DNA of 64,000 nt from Candidatus Aminicenantes bacterium UBA6072. Lineage in GTDB: Bacteria > Acidobacteriota > Aminicenantia > UBA2199. The stretch spans positions 265,500-329,499 of the forward strand of contig DIXU01000001.1 in NCBI GenBank assembly GCA_002436105.1. Direction: 5' to 3'. Shown one piece after another: positions 29,011-39,397 of the stretch; positions within the stretch are counted from its first letter, which is position 1; the number at the start of each line of letters is the position of its first letter. The position numbers and the translations under genes are program-made. A model generated the notes under the pieces. It worked only from the letters and a program-made list of their open reading frames with translations, did no database searches and was not told the DNA's origin.

Positions 29011-29980
29011 CCTGGAGTTCCCGGCGGCGGACCGGATAAGCCCCCTCGTGCATGACGACAATGCCGCCGGCGATGTTCGCCAGCCGCGCCGAATCCAGCA
29101 GCGAGGCGCCGCTGGCCAATCCCAGTGCCAGCACGGCCAGGACGGTATCGCCGGCGCCGGTGACATCGACGATCTGCGAGGTCCCGAAGATGCCCAGCTC
29201 GGCCGCCCTTTCGCCGCGGCCGAAGACCAGCATCCCCCGGTGCCCGCGCTTCAGCACGACCCCGCGCGCATCCAGCCGCTCCAGCAGTTCCTTCCCCGCG
29301 GCAGTGAAGTCGGCGTCGCGGAGAAACTTCCGGTCCGGGAAAAGGCTCTTGATCTCGGGCTCGTTGGGCGTGGCCAGGGTCACCCCGGGAAAATCCAGCA
29401 GGTTGCCGCGGGAATCGGCCACGCTCGGCAACGCCGGGAACTTCTTGCGCAGCTGCTGAAAAACAGCGGGAATGACGGCCTGGGCCAGGTAATCGGAGAG
29501 GACCAGCAGGTCGCTTTCCTCCAGCGCCGCGTGCAGAGCCTTGACCAGGCGCAGCCGCGCCCGTTCGCCGACCGGCCCGGGCGGCAGGGTGTCGATGCGC
29601 AGGATCTGCTGCTTCTTGGTATTGTCGCCGCCGGCCAGGATGCGGCTTTTCAGGGGTGTCGCAAAACCGTCGGCGGCCACCAGGTGGCCGGTGGCGACCC
29701 CCTGCTCGCGCAGCAGGCCCAGCAGGACCTCGCCCGAGGCGTCCTTGCCCACGAAGCCCACGGGCAGCGGCACGGCGCCCAGGGTGCGCAAGTTCATCAC
29801 GACATTGCCGGCGCCGCCCAGGCGGTATTCGTTCTTCTCGAACTCGGTGACCAGCACCGGCGCCTCGCGCGACACGCGGCCGGCGGAGGTGAACACGTAC
29901 TGGTCGAGAATCAGGTCGCCCCAGACGGCCACCTTCCTGTTCCGGAAGCGGGAAATGATGGATGACAGGGAGGTCTGCAT
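28997..29980 (-). CDS. D-beta-D-heptose 7-phosphate kinase (RfaE domain I, HldA-like, PfkB family)
   Basis: VAVWGDLILDQYV...GGAGNV and C-terminal DVTGAGDT PfkB motifs. Confidence 0.85.
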   Translation of the reverse strand: MQTSLSSIISRFRNRKVAVWGDLILDQYVFTSAGRVSREAPVLVTEFEKNEYRLGGAGNVVMNLRTLGAVPLPVGFVGKDASGEVLLGLLREQGVATGHLVAADGFATPLKSRILAGGDNTKKQQILRIDTLPPGPVGERARLRLVKALHAALEESDLLVLSDYLAQAVIPAVFQQLRKKFPALPSVADSRGNLLDFPGVTLATPNEPEIKSLFPDRKFLRDADFTAAGKELLERLDARGVVLKRGHRGMLVFGRGERAAELGIFGTSQIVDVTGAGDTVLAVLALGLASGASLLDSARLANIAGGIVVMHEGAYPVRRRELQDALR

Positions 29981-30022
29981 TAAAAAATAGTAGCAAATCG
30001 CCGGCGGGGAGTCAAGAAAAAA

Positions 30023-30095
30023 TGCCGGGACGCGGAATCGAACCACGGACGCGCAGATTTTCAGTCTACCGCTCTACCTGCTGAGCTATCCCGGC
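30023..30095 (-). tRNA. tRNA-Phe (anticodon GAA)
   Basis: Reverse complement is GCCGGGATAGCTCAGCAGGTAGAGC...CTGAAAA...GGTTCGATTCCGCGTCCCGGCA. The anticodon loop is CTGAAAA. Confidence 0.85.
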
Positions 30096-30214
30096 ATTGT
30101 TGCTGATGATAGCGTAAAATCAAGGATTAGTCAAGCGACCGAGTGGCGACGCCGGGCAGGAACGGGAAATCCCCGATTGACTTTTAAAAAACCTTGTGAT
30201 AGTGATTTTTTCTG

Positions 30215-32110
30215 ATGGGCAAGATACTAGGGATCGACCTCGGCACCACCAAATCGGCCATCGCCTACCTCGAAGGCACCACTCCGGAAATCATCCTCAC
30301 CCCCGAAGGGCACCGGCTGCTGCCCTCGATCGTCGCCTTCACCTCCACCGGCGAGCGGCTGGTCGGCCAGCCGGCCAAGAGCCAGATGATCACCAACCCG
30401 CTCAACACCATCTCGTCGGTCAAGACGCTGATGGGCAAAAAATACTCGGAAGTCGAGCCCTACCTGAACGAATTCCCCTTCCATATCATCCGCCACGGCG
30501 ATGACCTGCTGCGCATCGAGATCAACAACAAGGTCTTTTCTCCCGAAGAGGTCTCGGCCATGATCCTGCTCAAGCTCAAGGACGCGGCCGACCGCTACCT
30601 GAACGATCCCATCGACAGCGTGATCATCACCGTCCCCGCCTATTTCAACGATTCGCAGCGCCAGGCCACCAAGGACGCCGGCAGCATCGCCGGCCTCAAT
30701 GTCAAGCGCATCATCAACGAGCCCACGGCGGCATCGCTGGCCTATTCCATCGACCTGAAAAAAAAGGCCAAGATCATTGTCTACGACTTCGGCGGCGGCA
30801 CGATCGACATCTCGGTGCTCGACGTGCAGAACGGCATCATCAAGGTCCTGGCCACGGCCGGCAATACCCACCTGGGCGGCAACAACTTCGACATCGCCCT
30901 GACCCAGAAGCTGACCCGCGAGTTCGCCAACGAGCACCGCATCGACCTGTCGCGCGACAAGGCGGCGCTGCAGCGCATCCGCGAAGCTGCGGAGAACGCC
31001 AAGATCGAGCTGTCGGCCGTCGAGGAATGCGAGATCAACCTGCCGTTCATCGCCGAGTCCGAGGACGGCCCGGTGCACCTGATCAAGTACCTGCGCCGCA
31101 GCGAGTTCGAGAACCTGGTCAAGAAGGATGTCGAATCGACCCTGGAGATCTGCGCCCGGGCCCTGCAGAATGCCAGCCTGCACATCGACGACATCGACGA
31201 GTTCCTGCTGGTCGGCGGTTCGACGCGCATTCCCTTCGTCCAGCAGAAGGTCAAGGAATTCTTCAAGCGCGAGCCCAACCGCAAGGTCAACCCCGACGAG
31301 ATCGTGGCCATGGGCGCCGCGGCCCAGGGCTCCATCATCAAGGGCGACAGCAAGGACATCCTGCTGCTCGACGTCACGCCGCTGGCCCTGGGCGTCAAGA
31401 CCTTCGGCGGCGCCTTCACCCGCATCATCAACGCCAATACCACCATCCCCACCAGCCGCAGCCTGGTCTTCTCCACCGCCGAGGACAACCAGTCCGAGGT
31501 CGACATCGAGATCTACCAGGGCGAGCGCGAGATCGCCGAGGAAAACAAGCTGCTGGGCAAATTCACCCTGCTGGACATCAAGCGCGCGCCGCGCGGAGTC
31601 CCGCGCATCGAGGTCACGTTCAGCATCAACATCAACGGCATCATGAACGTCATGGCCATGGATCTCTCCACCAAGAACAAGAAAGAGGTCCTGATCTCCC
31701 AGTCCGGCCTGCTGAGCAAGGAAGAGGTGGAGAAGCTTCGCGAGGAAGCCAAGAAGCTATCGGAGATCGACCTGAAGAAACGCGAGCGCATCCACAAGAA
31801 GAACAAGGTCATCAACCAGATCTATTCGCTCAACCAACTGAGCCGGGGCAGCCACCTGCCCCAGGAGATGAAGGCCGAGATCGCCGCCATGGTCCGCGAA
31901 GCCGAGAGGGAGGTCGAAAAGGAGGACCTGCCCAGCCTGGACGCTTTGGAAGCCAAGATGAACGAACTCTGGAAGAAGGCCAGCGCCATGACCGACGGCG
32001 TCGAGCAGCCCCCGTCCCGGATCGAAACCGCCGCCCCTCCCGCAACGGCCGGCGCCGGGCCCGAGCAGGGGAAAAAGGAAGACACCAAGCCTCTGAAGAT
32101 CAGCTTCTGA
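30215..32110 (+). CDS. Hsp70 family chaperone (DnaK paralog)
   Basis: Starts ILGIDLGTTKSAIA. Also has DFGGGTIDIS and LVGGSTRIP motifs. No adjacent grpE/dnaJ. Confidence 0.85.
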   Translation: MGKILGIDLGTTKSAIAYLEGTTPEIILTPEGHRLLPSIVAFTSTGERLVGQPAKSQMITNPLNTISSVKTLMGKKYSEVEPYLNEFPFHIIRHGDDLLRIEINNKVFSPEEVSAMILLKLKDAADRYLNDPIDSVIITVPAYFNDSQRQATKDAGSIAGLNVKRIINEPTAASLAYSIDLKKKAKIIVYDFGGGTIDISVLDVQNGIIKVLATAGNTHLGGNNFDIALTQKLTREFANEHRIDLSRDKAALQRIREAAENAKIELSAVEECEINLPFIAESEDGPVHLIKYLRRSEFENLVKKDVESTLEICARALQNASLHIDDIDEFLLVGGSTRIPFVQQKVKEFFKREPNRKVNPDEIVAMGAAAQGSIIKGDSKDILLLDVTPLALGVKTFGGAFTRIINANTTIPTSRSLVFSTAEDNQSEVDIEIYQGEREIAEENKLLGKFTLLDIKRAPRGVPRIEVTFSININGIMNVMAMDLSTKNKKEVLISQSGLLSKEEVEKLREEAKKLSEIDLKKRERIHKKNKVINQIYSLNQLSRGSHLPQEMKAEIAAMVREAEREVEKEDLPSLDALEAKMNELWKKASAMTDGVEQPPSRIETAAPPATAGAGPEQGKKEDTKPLKISF

Positions 32111-32161
32111 CCGCCGGCTTCGCCCGCGCGCCGTGATTTTTCCCCCGTGGCGGTTTTATGC

Positions 32162-32167
32162 TATAAT
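32162..32167 (+). promoter_or_regulatory. Candidate -10 box (tgcTATAATcc) upstream of metG
   Basis: TATAAT 35 nt upstream of the metG ATG, with no obvious SD. Confidence 0.35.
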
Positions 32168-32202
32168 CCGGCCTGGCAGCGGCATTCATCAGGAGCGCTT
32201 TT

Positions 32203-34230
32203 ATGGAAAGATTTTACCTGACCACACCGATCTACTACGTGAACGATGTCCCGCACATCGGCCATGCCTACACGACCATCCTGGCCGATGTCATCAAGCG
32301 CTACAAGCAGCTGCGGGGCTTCCGCGTCCACTTCCTGACCGGCACCGACGAGCATGGCCAGAAGATCGAGCGCAGCGCCGCCAGGCAGGGGTTGACCCCC
32401 AGGCAGCTTTCCGACGCCATGGTGGAGCACTTCCAGAAACTGTGGGCCACCCTGCACATCGAGTACGACGCATTCATCCGCACCACCGACGATGTCCATG
32501 TCCGGGGCGTGCAGAAGTTCTTCTCCCGCGTGATGGAGCAGGGCGACATCTACCTCGGCGACTACTCGGGGCATTACTGCATTTCCTGCGAGAACTTCAT
32601 CCCCGACAGCGTCGAGGAGACGCCCGAGGGCAAGCGCACCTGCCCCGACTGCGGCCGCTCCACCGACAACCGGGTGGGCGAAAAATGCTATTTTTTCCGC
32701 CTCTCGGCCTACGGTGACAAGCTGCTCAAATTCTACGAGGAAAACCCGGAGTTCGTCACCCCGCGCTCGCGCATGAACGAGGTGGTATCGTTCGTCAAGA
32801 TGGGACTGCGTGACCTGAGTGTCACCCGCTCCACCGTCAAGTGGGGAGTGCCGGTGCCGGGAGATCCCGGGCAAACCGTCTATGTCTGGTTCGACGCTTT
32901 GTCCAACTACATCACCGCCATCGACTACCTGAACGAGGGAGCGCGCTTCCGCGATTTCTGGCCCGCCGACCTGCACATCATGGCCAAGGATATCCTGAAA
33001 TACCATGCCGTTTACTGGCCCGCATTCCTGATGGCCGCCGGCCTGCCCCTGCCCAGGAAGGAGCTGATCCACGGCTGGTGGCTCAAGGACGAGAAGAAGA
33101 TGTCCAAATCAAGCGGCAATGTCCTCGATCCCCATATCCTGCTCAGGCACTTCAGTCCCGACGCCATCCGCTACTTCCTGATGCGCGAGGCCTCCATCGG
33201 CGCCGACGGCAACTTTTCCCATGAAGGCTTCATCAGCCGCGTCAACACCGACCTGACCAACGACTGGGCCAACCTGGTGTCGCGTACCACCGGCATGGTC
33301 GAAAAGTACTTCGCCAACTCGTTCCAGGGCGGCGGGCTCTACACCGACCAGGAAAAGGAGATCGCGGCCGGTTACCTGAGCCTGGAAAAAGCGGTCCTGG
33401 AGCTCTTTGACCAGTACCAGTTCAACCGCGGCCTGGAGATGATCTTCGAATACGTGAACCGCTTGAACCGCTACATCGTCGGGACCCAGCCGTGGAACCT
33501 GGCCAAGGAAGAGGCGAACCGGCCGCGCCTGGCCGGCGTGCTGAAGACCCTGTGCCGGGCGATCTTGAGCGTCAACACCCTGCTCTCCCCCATCCTGACC
33601 GAAACGTCCGCCAAGGTGCGCTGCATCTTCGATTCAGCGGATCCGGGTCTCGGCTGGAAGGAACTCCCCGAGGAGTTCCGCATCGGCCAGGGGACGCAGC
33701 TCTTCCCGCGCGTCGACAGCAAGGCGTTTTTTGCCGAAGCCGAGGCCTTTCCCCAGGGGGACGCCGCGGCCACTTCAGCCAAAGGAGCAACCATGCAGGA
33801 AACAAAGACCCCGGATGCCAACGTTCCACCCCTGGCGGCCGCCGCCGCGCCGTCGGCAGAAAGCAATGCGCCCCCGCAGGCGGGAGCGGCAATCGTTGCC
33901 GATGGGCTGATCGAGATCACCGACTTCAGGAAAGTGCAGATGGTCGTGGCCAAGGTGCTGGCCGCCGAGAAGGTGGAGAAGGCCGACAAGCTGCTGAAGC
34001 TGCAGGTCGACACCGGTTCGGACACCCGCACCCTGGTCGCCGGCATCGCCCTCCACTACAAGCCCGAGGAGCTGCTGGGCCGCAGGATCATCATCGTCAA
34101 GAACCTCAAGCCGGCCAAGCTGCGCGGCATCCTCTCGGAAGGGATGATCCTGGCCGCCTCCGACGCCGATAACCGCCCATTCATCCCCATCCTGCCCGAA
34201 GAGACCCCCATCGGAGCGGTTTTGAAGTAG
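32203..34230 (+). CDS. metG: Methionine--tRNA ligase with C-terminal EMAP/tRNA-binding domain
   Basis: HIGH motif PHIGHAY, KMSKS motif and zinc knuckle CPDCGRS are present. The C-terminal domain is DFRKVQMVVAKV... Confidence 0.95.
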   Translation: MERFYLTTPIYYVNDVPHIGHAYTTILADVIKRYKQLRGFRVHFLTGTDEHGQKIERSAARQGLTPRQLSDAMVEHFQKLWATLHIEYDAFIRTTDDVHVRGVQKFFSRVMEQGDIYLGDYSGHYCISCENFIPDSVEETPEGKRTCPDCGRSTDNRVGEKCYFFRLSAYGDKLLKFYEENPEFVTPRSRMNEVVSFVKMGLRDLSVTRSTVKWGVPVPGDPGQTVYVWFDALSNYITAIDYLNEGARFRDFWPADLHIMAKDILKYHAVYWPAFLMAAGLPLPRKELIHGWWLKDEKKMSKSSGNVLDPHILLRHFSPDAIRYFLMREASIGADGNFSHEGFISRVNTDLTNDWANLVSRTTGMVEKYFANSFQGGGLYTDQEKEIAAGYLSLEKAVLELFDQYQFNRGLEMIFEYVNRLNRYIVGTQPWNLAKEEANRPRLAGVLKTLCRAILSVNTLLSPILTETSAKVRCIFDSADPGLGWKELPEEFRIGQGTQLFPRVDSKAFFAEAEAFPQGDAAATSAKGATMQETKTPDANVPPLAAAAAPSAESNAPPQAGAAIVADGLIEITDFRKVQMVVAKVLAAEKVEKADKLLKLQVDTGSDTRTLVAGIALHYKPEELLGRRIIIVKNLKPAKLRGILSEGMILAASDADNRPFIPILPEETPIGAVLK

Positions 34231-34385
34231 AAGAGGTAGATGGGTAGAGGGGGGAACGGCACCGGCAACGAACTCTTTTCTTAACCCTTTAACTCTTCGA
34301 CACTTCAACCCTTCAACTTATCCGTGGCAGCAGAACTGGCAGCGGACTCATTGCCTTCCGCAGCCAGCGGCGCTACAATCATGCC

Positions 34386-35435
34386 ATGAAAAGACTCCTG
34401 TTCCTTTCGCTCGCCGCCGTGGCCCTTCTGGCCCAAGCCCAGGAGATCCGCCCGGTGCGCGACGACATCGGCTTCTGCTGGCAGCATGCGCAGCTGGCGC
34501 GGCTCATGTCGCTGCTGGACGCGGACCCGCGACCTCTGCCTGCTTCCTCCGGCATCGTCGCCGCCATTTCTCCCCACGACGACTTTCTCTACGCCGGCAG
34601 GGTGTATTATCCCCTCTTCAGACGCCTGCTCACGAAAGAGGCGGTGATCTTCGGCGTTACCCACGGCATGGTGCGCAAGGAGATCGGCGACCCGCAAGGG
34701 ATCCTGATCCTCGACGACTTCCCCGCCTGGGCCGGGCTGGGAGCCCCCGTCGCCATCTCGCCGCTGCGTGAAAGGCTCAAGCTGGGGCTGGCCAAGGGCG
34801 ATTTCATCGTCAGCAACAATGCCCATTCCCTGGAGCATTCGATCGAGGCCTTGCTGCCATGGCTGCAATTCGCCAACCCCGGCATCCGCATCACGCCGAT
34901 CATGGTTACGGCCATGCCCTACGCGAGAATGGAGGAGTTGTCCGGGAGGCTGGCCGCGGTTTTGGCGGCATATATCGAGGAGAACCGACTCCAGCCGGGC
35001 CGGGACATCGTTTTTCTCATTTCGGCCGATGCCAATCATTACGGCCGTGATTTCGATAACACCCCCTACGGCGAGGACGAACAGGCCCATGCCCGGGGAA
35101 CCCGCGAGGACCGGCGCATCGCCGCCGGGCTCGTCGAAGGGACGCTGAGCGACGAAAAGATCGGGAAACTGACGCGCGAGCTCTGGGGCACCACCCACCT
35201 CGATCCCGGGAACGCCTACTGGTGCGGCAAATACGACATCCCCTTCGGACTGCTGGCCACCCTCAAGACCGTGCGGGATACGGCCGGGCGCGGCCTGCGG
35301 GGAGAGTTGCTCGGCTATTCCGACACCTACAGCGAAGGGGTCCTGCCCCTGCGCCGCCCGGGATTCGGCATCACCGCCCCATTTTCGCCGAAACACTGGG
35401 TGGGATTCTTTTCGGCCGCATTCTGGCTGCAATGA
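34386..35435 (+). CDS. MEMO1-family protein (AmmeMemoRadiSam system protein B-like) with signal peptide
   Basis: The ISPHDDFLYAG motif and overall length fit the Memo family. The N-terminus MKRLLFLSLAAVALLAQAQE is a cleavable signal peptide. gcgcTACAATc box upstream. Confidence 0.75.
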   Translation: MKRLLFLSLAAVALLAQAQEIRPVRDDIGFCWQHAQLARLMSLLDADPRPLPASSGIVAAISPHDDFLYAGRVYYPLFRRLLTKEAVIFGVTHGMVRKEIGDPQGILILDDFPAWAGLGAPVAISPLRERLKLGLAKGDFIVSNNAHSLEHSIEALLPWLQFANPGIRITPIMVTAMPYARMEELSGRLAAVLAAYIEENRLQPGRDIVFLISADANHYGRDFDNTPYGEDEQAHARGTREDRRIAAGLVEGTLSDEKIGKLTRELWGTTHLDPGNAYWCGKYDIPFGLLATLKTVRDTAGRGLRGELLGYSDTYSEGVLPLRRPGFGITAPFSPKHWVGFFSAAFWLQ

Positions 35436-35490
35436 CCGCCGGAATGAACTTTTTGCCCGCTTTTTCGTTGAATAGGGCAGGAGCACAGCC

Positions 35491-36537
35491 ATGAACCAAG
35501 CACGCACTTTTTTCGGGCTTCTGATCATGATTTTCATCGCCGTCCCGGTCCTCGTCGGCATCATCTGGGCCGTGGGCATCACCCAGGCCTTCGTCTCGGA
35601 GAAGACCTTCACCGAGCTGCCCGGCGAGATCATCGCCGAGGTCCCCGAGCTGCTGGACGGCATGATGCTGGCGGCACGCGATGAGGATTCCGACATGGAT
35701 TACGACACCCGGGCCTGGTTGAACGCCGTGGCCGCCTCCGGGACCACCCCGAAGCAGCTGCTGCGGGAGACGGGGCTCGATGACTGGCTGGAGAAGGAAT
35801 TGAGCGGATCGCTCGCCTCGCTGGGCAGGATCATGAACGGCAAGAGCGCCGAGCGCTCCGTCTGGCTTGAAATGAAGCCGCTGAAAGCGGCGTTCAGCCA
35901 TCCGGCCATGGAAAGCTGGCTCGCCCGCGTGCTGGAAAACCTGCCCCCTTGTTCCGCGGGTGAATCGGAGGCCTGGGCGCGGGCCCTGGCCGACGAAAGC
36001 AGTTTCGGCTCGCTCCCGCCCTGCCGGCCGGGGGAGGTCCAGGCGGGCACCGTGGCCGCGTTCATCCGCGACCGCGCCGGCCGCGAGATCCCCGACCGGG
36101 TCAACATCATGGAAAACGCCCGCTTCCCGCGCGAAAACTTCAACATCGCCCGGACAATCGACTCGTTCGCCTACCTGCTCTTCCTGATCCCGGCCCTGTT
36201 CATCCTCCTGGGCGCGCTGGTCGGCGCGCGCAGCAAGTCCCATTTCTTCCGCTGGAGCGGCGCCGCGACCATGGCCGGCGGCGGGCTGGTCCTGGCCCTC
36301 TCCTCGCTGGCCAGGGATGCCCTTCCCTGGGCCATGCGCGTCGGGCCGCTGGACTACCGCTACTCCTCGCACTGGGTCCACTGGCACGAGGCCTTCGCCG
36401 ACCATGCCGGCAGCCTGGCCCAGTTGGTCACCCGCCATTTCATGTCGCCGGTGATCGCCGTCGCCGGCGGCGTTTGCATCGTCGGGCTGCTGCTTTTCGC
36501 CTTTTCCTTCACCTTTGCCCGCGATCGCGCAGCCTGA
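35491..36537 (+). CDS. Hypothetical integral membrane protein
   Basis: 348 aa with an N-terminal TM and C-terminal TM helices. No motif recognised. Confidence 0.5.
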   Translation: MNQARTFFGLLIMIFIAVPVLVGIIWAVGITQAFVSEKTFTELPGEIIAEVPELLDGMMLAARDEDSDMDYDTRAWLNAVAASGTTPKQLLRETGLDDWLEKELSGSLASLGRIMNGKSAERSVWLEMKPLKAAFSHPAMESWLARVLENLPPCSAGESEAWARALADESSFGSLPPCRPGEVQAGTVAAFIRDRAGREIPDRVNIMENARFPRENFNIARTIDSFAYLLFLIPALFILLGALVGARSKSHFFRWSGAATMAGGGLVLALSSLARDALPWAMRVGPLDYRYSSHWVHWHEAFADHAGSLAQLVTRHFMSPVIAVAGGVCIVGLLLFAFSFTFARDRAA

Positions 36538-36604
36538 TCTTCGCCGCGCCCCTGTTCCCGGTGCGAAGGCCGGCGGCCCGGGTTGAATTTTTTTTTGGAT
36601 CCAC

Positions 36605-36610
36605 TATAAT
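36605..36610 (+). promoter_or_regulatory. Candidate -10 box (ccacTATAATaccgtcATG), with a near-leaderless start for the glycoside hydrolase gene
   Basis: TATAAT ends 6 nt before the ATG. Confidence 0.35.
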
Positions 36611-36616
36611 ACCGTC

Positions 36617-38143
36617 ATGAAACCCATGCGCTTCTGCGCCATCATCCTGCTGGCGGCGTTGCCTTTGGCTGCGCTCCTCCAAGGGGATGCCGCGGCAGAA
36701 CTGACGGCGATCCCCCAAGGGGACGCTGCAGCTCAGCTGACAGCGATCAGCATTTCGCCGCAGCCCTACGGCGTCAACGTGCATTTGGCGCAGGACACCG
36801 TTCTGGCCAAGGCCAAGGCCGCCGGCATCGAATGGATCCGCATCGACGTCGATTGGAGCGTCATCGAAGCCAGCAAGGGAAGGTTCAGCTATGGCGAGGT
36901 CGACCGGGTAGTCAACTACGCCGCCGCCAAAGGGCTCTCCGTCTATGCCTCCATCGGCAGCACCCCCGGCTGGGCCAACGGCAAGAAGGGCAAGACCTAC
37001 CCGGCCGGCAACGTGAACGACTGGAAAAGTTTCGTCACGCGCACCGTCACCCGCTACAAGAGCAAGGTCAAGTACTGGGGAATCTGGAACGAGCCCAACC
37101 TGAAACTGTTCTTCGCCCTGGGCAAGGACAAGTTCGTCCAGCAGGTGTTTCTTCCCGGCATCCAGGCCATCCGCGCCGCCGACCCGGCCGCGTTCATCGT
37201 CGGTCCCGAACTGAGCCACAAGACCGAGACCGGGTCGGAATGGTACTTCTGGCTCAAGTACATCCTGGACAACGTAGGCGGCCACCTGGACGTCATCTCC
37301 CACCACATCTACGAGGACCTCGGCGTGTATTACATGTACGAGCTGCTGGAGGAGGGGGACAAGTTCATCCCGGCGGTGAAGAAGATCATCGAGGACTCGG
37401 GACAGGGCGGCAAGCCGTTCTGGATCACCGAGACCGGCTGGCAGACGCACAAGTACTCGGAGACCATGCAGGCCAACCGCTACCTGGAGATGCTGCACAC
37501 CCGCGCCCGCAAGAATTACCCGCACAAGATCTTTTTCTATGAGATCATCGACGATTCCCGCCCCGGCGTCGATCCTTTCGGCATCCTGCGCAGCAACCTC
37601 GAAGCCAAGCCGGCCTACAACACCTACCGCGATTACATCGCCGGCCTGCTTCCCGATCCCGGCAATCCCGACGACGAAAAGATCAACAAGAAGTGCTACG
37701 CCGAGCAGACCGCGGGCAACGGCGCCCCAACGAAGCAGAATCCGGCCCTGCGCTCCTTGTACCAGGCCCGGGATTTCCTGCGCGGTTACTCCGCTACCGC
37801 CAGCGCCTCCGTCGACCTTTATTACAGCTGGAACGAGGATTTCCTGGCCATCGCCCTGGCCGATTCCCGCGTCTGTCGCCTGGGGCGGCAGTTGCTGGAA
37901 CAGGCGCAGAGGTTTCTGGACGGCGGCGACTGGCGCGTATTGGACCAGCCCCTGCCCGGCGAACTGCACCGCCTCGCCGCGTCGCTGGCGGCGATCATCC
38001 AGAGCGAATACCCCGATTCACCGCTGGCCCCGCTGGCCCGCTGGGCTCAGAGGAACATGGAATTGATCGGACGCTCGCCGCTGCGCGACTTGCTGGAATT
38101 CTACCTGAAAGAGGAGATCCGGGCCTTGCGGACCTGCCGCTGA
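36617..38143 (+). CDS. Secreted glycoside hydrolase, clan GH-A (GH5/GH39-like)
   Basis: Signal peptide. GIWNEPN (acid/base) and FWITETGW (nucleophile) motifs are typical of the clan GH-A (beta/alpha)8 fold. An N-terminal duplicated AAELTAIPQGDAA segment is present. Confidence 0.7.
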   Translation: MKPMRFCAIILLAALPLAALLQGDAAAELTAIPQGDAAAQLTAISISPQPYGVNVHLAQDTVLAKAKAAGIEWIRIDVDWSVIEASKGRFSYGEVDRVVNYAAAKGLSVYASIGSTPGWANGKKGKTYPAGNVNDWKSFVTRTVTRYKSKVKYWGIWNEPNLKLFFALGKDKFVQQVFLPGIQAIRAADPAAFIVGPELSHKTETGSEWYFWLKYILDNVGGHLDVISHHIYEDLGVYYMYELLEEGDKFIPAVKKIIEDSGQGGKPFWITETGWQTHKYSETMQANRYLEMLHTRARKNYPHKIFFYEIIDDSRPGVDPFGILRSNLEAKPAYNTYRDYIAGLLPDPGNPDDEKINKKCYAEQTAGNGAPTKQNPALRSLYQARDFLRGYSATASASVDLYYSWNEDFLAIALADSRVCRLGRQLLEQAQRFLDGGDWRVLDQPLPGELHRLAASLAAIIQSEYPDSPLAPLARWAQRNMELIGRSPLRDLLEFYLKEEIRALRTCR

Positions 38144-39349
<1,206 letters not shown>

Positions 39350-39397
39350 AAAAAAGTATATTATTGTTTTTTTTAAACTAAATTCCCGGGAGGAAAA

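Noticed and set aside
28528-29166. Longer 212-aa form of the adenylyltransferase ORF
   Set aside because: The extra N-terminal 52 residues (Trp/Pro/Arg-rich) lie antisense-like within the kinase gene and are not part of the cytidylyltransferase fold. The internal Met is preferred.
36540-36600. Rho-independent terminator after the 35491-36537 gene (CCCGG...CCGGG followed by a T-run)
   Set aside because: The stem is only 5 bp with a 16-nt loop. The T-tract may simply be part of the AT-rich promoter of the next gene, so it is not listed as a feature.
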